DNA of 64,000 bases, taken from the IMG/VR virus record IMGVR_UViG_3300032285_001268, positions 121,263 to 185,262 of that record. One strand, written 5' to 3'. The position numbers and the translations under genes are program-made. Positions 58,011 to 64,000 of this stretch are shown in pieces. Positions within the stretch are counted from its first letter, which is position 1; the number at the start of each line of letters is the position of its first letter. The notes below the pieces were generated by a model. It did no database searches, had not been told where the DNA came from, and saw only the letters and a program-made list of their open reading frames with translations. This DNA comes from a virus.

Positions 58011-58134
58011 TCTCATTTCGTTGGCAGTTACAAGGATCTCGGCCTTGACGACAGTTACCACAGCAACCTGGTTTTAATCTTAAAATTCTTAGGCCTATTG
58101 CTACAAGAACTACTAGAGCTATTAAACTAACCAT
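58006..58134 (-). CDS. 42-aa membrane-anchored Cys-rich microprotein (below the ORF-track cutoff)
   Basis: MVSLIALVVLVAIGLRILRLKPGCCGNCRQGRDPCNCQRNER; ATG overlaps the upstream stop (TAATG). Confidence 0.65.
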   Translation of the reverse strand: MVSLIALVVLVAIGLRILRLKPGCCGNCRQGRDPCNCQRNER

Positions 58135-58706
58135 TAGTCAGTCTCCCCGCCTTCACTTTCGACAGCATCAAACGGCCATTTATTAGCGTTGTTTTCTTCA
58201 CGCCATTTACGTGCGGCCTCTTCTAAATCTGCCCGTGTACGGAGTTTAACATTTTCCTCAATAACTGTACCGTCATCTTCACAAAGACTCACTTGATAGG
58301 GAGCATCAATAACCAGATAGTCATCTTCAACTTGCCAGTCGTGTTCGGCATCAAAAAGCCAGGCAGCTCCGGATCTCTCCCAGTCGTCGTTCTCGTCACC
58401 TTGAAGATAACACTTTTTAATTTCCTCTTGTTCTTCTTCGGTAATGTCATCACTAAACTCGAACCAGCAAGAGTGTTGGTCGTCTAGTTCTGCACCCCAT
58501 CCGCAATCCATTTTAGCATGGGCTTGAGCATCGCCTTCTATAGGTAAATTACAGTCCATATCTTCTTCAACAAAGCCTTGCCCCCAACGATAGTGATCAT
58601 CAATATTAAACCAGCTAACACTACCGTTTGCGTTCATCCGGTACATTTCAATGTGCCAACAGATGCTTTTCTTATGTAAGGGTTTGATTAGATATACTTT
58701 AGACAT
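58134..58706 (-). CDS. Acidic hypothetical protein (paralog A)
   Basis: Start taken at MSKVYL (ATG 58706); Asp/Glu-rich; KKS...RWG...CWFEFSDDITEEEQEEI. Confidence 0.75.
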   Translation of the reverse strand: MSKVYLIKPLHKKSICWHIEMYRMNANGSVSWFNIDDHYRWGQGFVEEDMDCNLPIEGDAQAHAKMDCGWGAELDDQHSCWFEFSDDITEEEQEEIKKCYLQGDENDDWERSGAAWLFDAEHDWQVEDDYLVIDAPYQVSLCEDDGTVIEENVKLRTRADLEEAARKWREENNANKWPFDAVESEGGETD

Positions 58707-58707
58707 A

Positions 58708-59208
58708 TTATTCTTCAACAAAATCGACTACATTACCATCTGCATCTGCACAGATAATACGCACAGTATCACCTGCTTCGTTCTTGATTTCAATAGGACC
58801 CCAAATCCACCATTCTGTGTCGTCGTTGTACCAACCGTCTTCACGTTCTTCTAATTCATAGATGCTATTTTCATCGATAAACTCTTGAATCTCTTCTTCC
58901 TCTTCTTCAGTGAGATCTTCAAATTCAACATCGTACCAGCAACCGCCGTCGAACATTTCAACAAGTTCAACCTCTTCAATGTTGTTAACAGAACAGTCTA
59001 ACATATTGATACTGTCCTTCTTGCCATCACCGCCAGGAACTTCGGTAAATTCAAATTCTGGAAGTTCGTCATCACTAGTTTCTACAGTCCATTCACCATA
59101 GCGGAAACCGTTAGTGACTGTGATTCGGCCTTCGCCCTCACGTCGAACCCAATGCTCAACTTCTTGACAAGATTTTTTATAGTATGTGCTAACAGTCCAT
59201 GTTGCCAT
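58708..59208 (-). CDS. Acidic hypothetical protein (paralog B)
   Basis: KKS...RYG...CWYDVEFEDLTEEEEEEI; AAGGAG RBS. Confidence 0.78.
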   Translation of the reverse strand: MATWTVSTYYKKSCQEVEHWVRREGEGRITVTNGFRYGEWTVETSDDELPEFEFTEVPGGDGKKDSINMLDCSVNNIEEVELVEMFDGGCWYDVEFEDLTEEEEEEIQEFIDENSIYELEEREDGWYNDDTEWWIWGPIEIKNEAGDTVRIICADADGNVVDFVEE

Positions 59209-59218
59209 GTTGTTCTCC

Positions 59219-59410
59219 TTAGACGTCTAGCGGAAGAGTATTCCACTCTTTAATTAGATCAAGAACTTCTTGTTCTGAGTTGCAAAGTGTCTTGGTATTT
59301 TTCCAATCTTCTTTTTTATCACGTCCACCAATCTCAACCATCCATCCGTTGTCGTAACGATTGATAGAAATATTTTCATTTACTTTTGCTAGTTTGCCTA
59401 ATGATGCCAT
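59219..59410 (-). CDS. Hypothetical protein (63 aa)
   Basis: Start reassigned to ATG 59410 (MASLGKL) behind AAGGAG. Confidence 0.7.
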   Translation of the reverse strand: MASLGKLAKVNENISINRYDNGWMVEIGGRDKKEDWKNTKTLCNSEQEVLDLIKEWNTLPLDV

Positions 59411-59411
59411 A

Positions 59412-60398
59412 TTAAATCTCCTTATATTTGGCTTGGAACGGTTCAGCATACGACTGTATGTTGTCTGCAATCTTTTTCATGTCCCACGCATTGCAGAATT
59501 TGAGCATACGTATGCCTACTTGATCTACGGCTTTGGGCATTGCGTTTGCTTGGATTGTTTCTTTAATCTTAGCCTTAATATCTTCAGGCTGTGCAGTTAG
59601 ATCGCACAATGTTACATTGCGCTGATAATCTTCTAAGACCCTGTGTTCGACGCCATTGTGGTCAACCCACCTCTGTAACATGAGATTGTTCCACGCAAAT
59701 CCTTTGGCGTTACGGTCTTCGAACGCTTCAGTAAGACCAACTTTGTTTTTAGAACCTTTAGTACGCACACCTGGATACGCCGAGAAGACATTATCACTGG
59801 TATCACCACGCATACATTTTTCGAACAGCATCCATTCTGGGTCTTGTGCTGGCTTTGGCTCGCCTGTCTTTTTGTCTTTAACGGGTTTACCTTTGGCATC
59901 AAAGATTCCTTCGTGTGTAATATGCAAATCGCCTACACCGTTATATTGACTAACGTTGGGGCTTACTAGTTGAGCAAAGTCTCCGTCTGTACTAATGATA
60001 ACGTGCTTTGCTTCTGGATGACTTTGTATCCACCCTGCAATCAAATCATCTGCTTCTAATTCAGGGTGTCGCATTACAGTACAGTTAGTTTTTTCTGTAA
60101 TAAAATTCTTAAATTCATCAAATGCTTCCCAGAACAATTTGTCTTCTTCTTGTTCTTTAGTAGTCATAGCACTACGGGTTTCTTGCCTATTGCGTTTGTA
60201 CGGCTCGTAAAAATCTTTACGCCAGCTACGACCTTCGAGGCAGAATACTACATGGGTACCGCCAAAGTCTTGCCATGCCTTCTTAATACTGTTGAAGGTA
60301 ATGTGAAAGGCCATGCCCAACTTAATGTCTGCACTGCCTTGTACCACGTGTCTAGCACGAAAGAAAGTGTTTGCTGTGTCAACGATGATATGTGTCAT
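59412..60398 (-). CDS. RNase H / 5'-3' exonuclease (T4 rnh, FEN-like)
   Basis: VDTAN.FFR, EADDLIA, ISTDGDF.QL, GDTSDNV. Confidence 0.9.
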   Translation of the reverse strand: MTHIIVDTANTFFRARHVVQGSADIKLGMAFHITFNSIKKAWQDFGGTHVVFCLEGRSWRKDFYEPYKRNRQETRSAMTTKEQEEDKLFWEAFDEFKNFITEKTNCTVMRHPELEADDLIAGWIQSHPEAKHVIISTDGDFAQLVSPNVSQYNGVGDLHITHEGIFDAKGKPVKDKKTGEPKPAQDPEWMLFEKCMRGDTSDNVFSAYPGVRTKGSKNKVGLTEAFEDRNAKGFAWNNLMLQRWVDHNGVEHRVLEDYQRNVTLCDLTAQPEDIKAKIKETIQANAMPKAVDQVGIRMLKFCNAWDMKKIADNIQSYAEPFQAKYKEI

Positions 60399-60850
60399 TC
60401 GACTTCTGCTTTGCCGTTAGCTAATTTAGTTACGTTAATAAAACCTGCACTGTGTCTCTCTGGTTCTGCAACACCTGCCTCTGCTAGCATGTTTTGGGCA
60501 AGATCTCTGAACCAGCGATCTACAATCTCTTCATCTGGATCGCCATCAAAACCGTATCCAGCTTGTTTCAATTGTACTACAAACTCTTCGTTCCAGTCAA
60601 GCTCAAAGAAACCATTTCGTACATTATCCTTGTTAACATGTGTATCCAATACAGCCACCCAAGGTTCTCCCTTGAGTGTAGCACGTTCTTTCGGAGTCAT
60701 TTTTGCTTCTTCGGCAGCCTTTTCAGCATCAACTACTTCTTGTAGTTTCTGTTTGGCTAACTTTTCAGCAACTGCGGCTTCGGCTAGAGCTTGTTCTTTT
60801 TGAGCCTCAATCTTGTCAATGCCAAAAAGTTTTTTAATTAATTTCTTCAT
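60395..60850 (-). CDS. Hypothetical protein
   Basis: Start likely MKKLIKK (60850); GFFELDWNEEF...VDRWF. Confidence 0.7.
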   Translation of the reverse strand: MKKLIKKLFGIDKIEAQKEQALAEAAVAEKLAKQKLQEVVDAEKAAEEAKMTPKERATLKGEPWVAVLDTHVNKDNVRNGFFELDWNEEFVVQLKQAGYGFDGDPDEEIVDRWFRDLAQNMLAEAGVAEPERHSAGFINVTKLANGKAEVE

Positions 60851-60851
60851 G

Positions 60852-61709
60852 TTAGGTACCCCATTCATTTTTAAACAATGGTACTTGCAGTCTATCGCTA
60901 TATCGTAAACCATTCTTCATTGCAAACTCTGCCACTCGACGATTATTCATAGCATAAACACTTTCAATTCCGCCAACTGGCATTAAGTATACAGGTCCTT
61001 CGAAACCATTTTCTCTATAAAGATCAATAGTTTCAAGGGCTTCTTTTGCGTCGTCATCAGTGGCAACTACAAATTTTAAATAGGTAGCACCTACTTCTTG
61101 ATAGTCGAAGATGATGTCTGGACGAATTGCTTCAGCTCGACTTTCACCACTGCAACTTAGTTTAGGACTTACTGAAAATGTAATGCCTTTAAATACGCTA
61201 TCTCTAGTAGACCAGTCCTGAAGATATTCTTTAAATTCTGGAGTCAGTGATTGAGTACCGTTTGTTTCAAATGTAATCTCACGTAATGTTTTCATGTAAG
61301 GATGATCTAACAAATCCGGATAAGCACGTTGCCAACCCAACAAAGGCTCACCGCCTGTAATTACAAGATGTTCATCCATCCAGGATTTAAACGGAAGTAT
61401 TTCCATAATACGATCTACAATAGCATCGCTAGTGAGCATTGGACTGAGATCTTTAAAACGTGGATCCCAGCTAGCATAGCTATCGCATCCTGTAGATACT
61501 AACGGCAAGTCTTCATATTTGTTAAACATATGAACTACTTGTGCAATATCTTCAACTTCTGTGCTTAGTTCACCTTTAGGCATACCAAAACCTGCACATT
61601 TAAAATTACATCCAAATGTACGCAAGAAAACAGAAGGCACACCCATAAAGCGTCCTTCACCTTGAATTGAATAAAACAATTCAGCTACTTTTAATTTACT
61701 CATATACAA
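60852..61709 (-). CDS. queE: 7-carboxy-7-deazaguanine synthase (radical SAM)
   Basis: ELFYSIQGEG...PSVFLRTFGCNFKC...GCDS, VITGGEPLL, FETNGT, SVSPK, R.QV.LF. Confidence 0.85.
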   Translation of the reverse strand: MYMSKLKVAELFYSIQGEGRFMGVPSVFLRTFGCNFKCAGFGMPKGELSTEVEDIAQVVHMFNKYEDLPLVSTGCDSYASWDPRFKDLSPMLTSDAIVDRIMEILPFKSWMDEHLVITGGEPLLGWQRAYPDLLDHPYMKTLREITFETNGTQSLTPEFKEYLQDWSTRDSVFKGITFSVSPKLSCSGESRAEAIRPDIIFDYQEVGATYLKFVVATDDDAKEALETIDLYRENGFEGPVYLMPVGGIESVYAMNNRRVAEFAMKNGLRYSDRLQVPLFKNEWGT

Positions 61710-62083
61710 TCACCTTGTTCTACTAATTTTGCCATTGCTGACTTTTCTTTACGTGCCTCTTTAAACAGTTTAACATCTTTAACAGCAGATTTCAATGTTT
61801 CTGAATAATTTAGAGCTTGCTGTTCAGTCATCATAATACTTGCTTCGTATTCAACATAACCTTTGGTTAGTAAAGTCCAAATAATACGAAAACGATTTGA
61901 TTCCCACCATTTGGTTTTTAATTTAACATAGGTAGTAACGCTGACATTACAGTCATCTGCTTCTACCCAAACATTGTGTCCACAGTCGTTACCGCAACAT
62001 TCGCATGGAACACTATACATTTTAGTATCACCCCAATCTTTGTGCAGTAAAATACCTTCTGCTGGCTTTTGTGCTTTACTCAT
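61700..62083 (-). CDS. Hypothetical protein
   Basis: 127 aa with a CECC...H motif (possible metal site). Confidence 0.7.
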   Translation of the reverse strand: MSKAQKPAEGILLHKDWGDTKMYSVPCECCGNDCGHNVWVEADDCNVSVTTYVKLKTKWWESNRFRIIWTLLTKGYVEYEASIMMTEQQALNYSETLKSAVKDVKLFKEARKEKSAMAKLVEQGDCI

Positions 62084-62771
62084 ATGATTTTTTCTTGTGT
62101 AATGTTTTAAAATATCCGCCTAATGCATAACTCTTAATGGCTTGCATTTGACGATTTAATTTTAGTAATAACGAATCATCTATTGGCCCAACACTAGCTT
62201 TGAAATGATCGTTACTAAACGGAATTACGTGTAATAACGGGTCACCACGTTTAAATTCTAAATATCTATTCTTTTCCATGCTGATGATAAAATTGAGATC
62301 GGCAACATATGGCCCAATGTCCATTACGCCTTCATATACTTGATACGGCAAATCAAATTGATATTTAGGTTGACTAACAAGTGCGGTTAACGGGTCGGCA
62401 GATTGAATACGCCATGGAGTTTTAAATTTAAAAAATGTAGGTTGGTGTGTTTTAGGAAACGGAAATCCCGGACTTGTTGGTGGAGGAAAAACTGTTAAGA
62501 ATTGTTCGTTGTTTGATGATTCGAATTTCAAACCACCACCGGTGATATCAATGTAAAAATCACACCATGCTGGGATAATATATCCTACATTAAATATGTC
62601 GTGGACACCTGGACATACTTTCATAGTTACATTATTGATGAGGCTTTTTTTACTTACATCAGCCTTTGGCCCCATACTTTTAAACCAGTCGGGGGTATAC
62701 TTGCCTGCAGGAACAGGATATGGTATTGCGTCTATGTTAATAGGATCAGTAATAAACGTGATCTTTTTCAT
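62076..62771 (-). CDS. Hypothetical beta-rich protein (DUF6065-like resemblance)
   Basis: TMKVCPG..D....GYIIPAWCD, KFKTPWRI, KRGDPLLHVIPF. Confidence 0.5.
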   Translation of the reverse strand: MKKITFITDPINIDAIPYPVPAGKYTPDWFKSMGPKADVSKKSLINNVTMKVCPGVHDIFNVGYIIPAWCDFYIDITGGGLKFESSNNEQFLTVFPPPTSPGFPFPKTHQPTFFKFKTPWRIQSADPLTALVSQPKYQFDLPYQVYEGVMDIGPYVADLNFIISMEKNRYLEFKRGDPLLHVIPFSNDHFKASVGPIDDSLLLKLNRQMQAIKSYALGGYFKTLHKKKSYE

Positions 62772-62988
62772 TCAACATCCTCTTCAAACCATTCGTCAAC
62801 CATTTCTTCTGCTTCTTGCTGTGTTAATGCTGGTACAAAAATACGTGCAGGATTTCCTACAGTATGCTGTATGTTAAAGCGAACAACACCGCCGGGTATG
62901 CTATCAAAATCTCGTTCAACTACAAATTCTTTTAAATTTTTAGCACGGTTAATTAATTGATCGGTTAAGTCTTTAGCAGTTGTCATTG
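62768..62988 (-). CDS. Hypothetical protein
   Basis: Start likely MTTAKD (62988) behind AAGGA. Confidence 0.65.
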
Positions 62989-63488
62989 TACATTTCCTTA
63001 TAGTATGAAACACCTGTTGGTGCGTGTATTTTAATTGATTCTCTATGTCTAGGCAATTCAGCCATTCCTACATTCATGGGCAACATCAAGTCTGTTTTAT
63101 CTGTTGAAAAATAAACCTTACTATAACCAAATGCCTGAGCTGACTCGTGAACTACGCGGTGATGTGGATGTCCATATTCACCTTCTGCATTGTGTGTTAA
63201 AATTAAGTCATATCCTATAGTAGCTCGTCGTAGGGCTCTAATGGCATCGTACCTATCCCAAGTATGTAATCCATTTAAACCTAAATCTCTACCGTGATCT
63301 TTAAAACCTAGGAATTGAGTCTTAACTCCTCGACGGCGCCAATATCTAGAAATTTCACGACCACGTTTGTGCCATCGCCAACACGTTAGATATACAATGG
63401 TCCATTCGTATTCTGGATGGGCATCCATATACGCACTGGCAAAAATAATACAATCATCCGGATGTGCTACAAGAGCTATGGCCTTCAT
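62973..63488 (-). CDS. PIG-L/LmbE family N-deacetylase-like protein
   Basis: VAHPDD and THN..GEYGHPHH zinc-binding motifs. Confidence 0.8.
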   Translation of the reverse strand: MKAIALVAHPDDCIIFASAYMDAHPEYEWTIVYLTCWRWHKRGREISRYWRRRGVKTQFLGFKDHGRDLGLNGLHTWDRYDAIRALRRATIGYDLILTHNAEGEYGHPHHRVVHESAQAFGYSKVYFSTDKTDLMLPMNVGMAELPRHRESIKIHAPTGVSYYKEMYNDNC

Positions 63489-64000
63489 TATCTCGGTGCA
63501 AACTCTTGTTGCAATTTAATATTATCCATAAACTCTTTCTTAGTACCGGCATCGTCTTTAAACGCACCTTTAAGTACAGTAGTTTGAGTCAATGAACTAT
63601 GTGCCATGATGCCGCGATTTTCACAACAACCATGTGTGGCTTGAATATAGACTGCTACATTTTCGCTTTGTGTTGCCTTGCTAATTTCTCTAGCAATGTC
63701 ATTGCATAGTTCTTCTTGTAGTGTACCACGCCGAGCACACCATTGTGCAATACGAGTATATTTGCTTAGTCCAATTAATTTATTAGCGGCAATGATTCCG
63801 ATATAAGCAACGCCAGATACAGGCTGGTGATGATGACTACACATACTACGAAGCTCACTTCTAACCACAAGCATACCTTCGTAGCGATCTTTGCTGTCAT
63901 TTGGGAACGCTGTCGCATCTGGTGCCGGATCATATCGACCTCCCATGATTTCGTTAAAATACATTTTAGCAAGACGTCTTGCTGTACCTTTTGATTTAGG
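63488..64000 (-). CDS. folE: GTP cyclohydrolase I, 5' end truncated by the window edge
   Basis: Frame open to 64000 (PKSKGTARRLAKMY...); SMCSHHHQP, GLSKYTRI, RRGTLQE, HGCCENRG. Confidence 0.95.
   Translation of the reverse strand, partial: PKSKGTARRLAKMYFNEIMGGRYDPAPDATAFPNDSKDRYEGMLVVRSELRSMCSHHHQPVSGVAYIGIIAANKLIGLSKYTRIAQWCARRGTLQEELCNDIAREISKATQSENVAVYIQATHGCCENRGIMAHSSLTQTTVLKGAFKDDAGTKKEFMDNIKLQQEFAPR

Noticed and set aside
1-64000. Stop-codon reassignment, inteins or introns in core genes
   Set aside because: Conserved genes are full length in the standard code, TAA, TAG and TGA all end tightly packed genes, and gp46, gp47, thyX and RNase H show no large insertions.
1-64000. tRNA, tmRNA or RNase P genes
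   Set aside because: No cloverleaf or signature motifs seen in the few intergenic gaps by eye; tRNAscan-SE, ARAGORN or Infernal would be decisive.

Overview
A 64-kb segment of a large T4-like (contractile-tailed) dsDNA phage genome, read in the standard genetic code with very dense coding. No tRNA, CRISPR array or reverse transcriptase was recognised. Order: truncated portal (gp20-like) and probable tape measure on the minus strand, a divergent gp26-like/gp51-like pair joined by a candidate -1 slippery site, and a ~465-nt hairpin-rich non-coding gap directly downstream of a compact GIY-YIG nuclease. Next come gp46/gp47 recombination nuclease and a gp55-like late sigma factor. A ~37-kb plus-strand block follows with baseplate genes (gp53, hub, gp5, gp25, gp6, a 4833-aa giant), seven or so fibre-like genes and an embedded S53 sedolisin protease, then a glycosyltransferase-like operon. 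The window ends with a minus-strand block carrying thyX, a MoxR-AAA/VWA-metallopeptidase pair, RNase H-like nuclease, queE, a PIG-L deacetylase and truncated folE. Late (NATAAATA) and sigma70-type promoters are readable in the intergenic gaps. The best candidates for undescribed biology are the nuclease-adjacent structured RNA and the gp26/gp51 frameshift. All family calls come from motif recognition by eye; no searches or folding programs were run.
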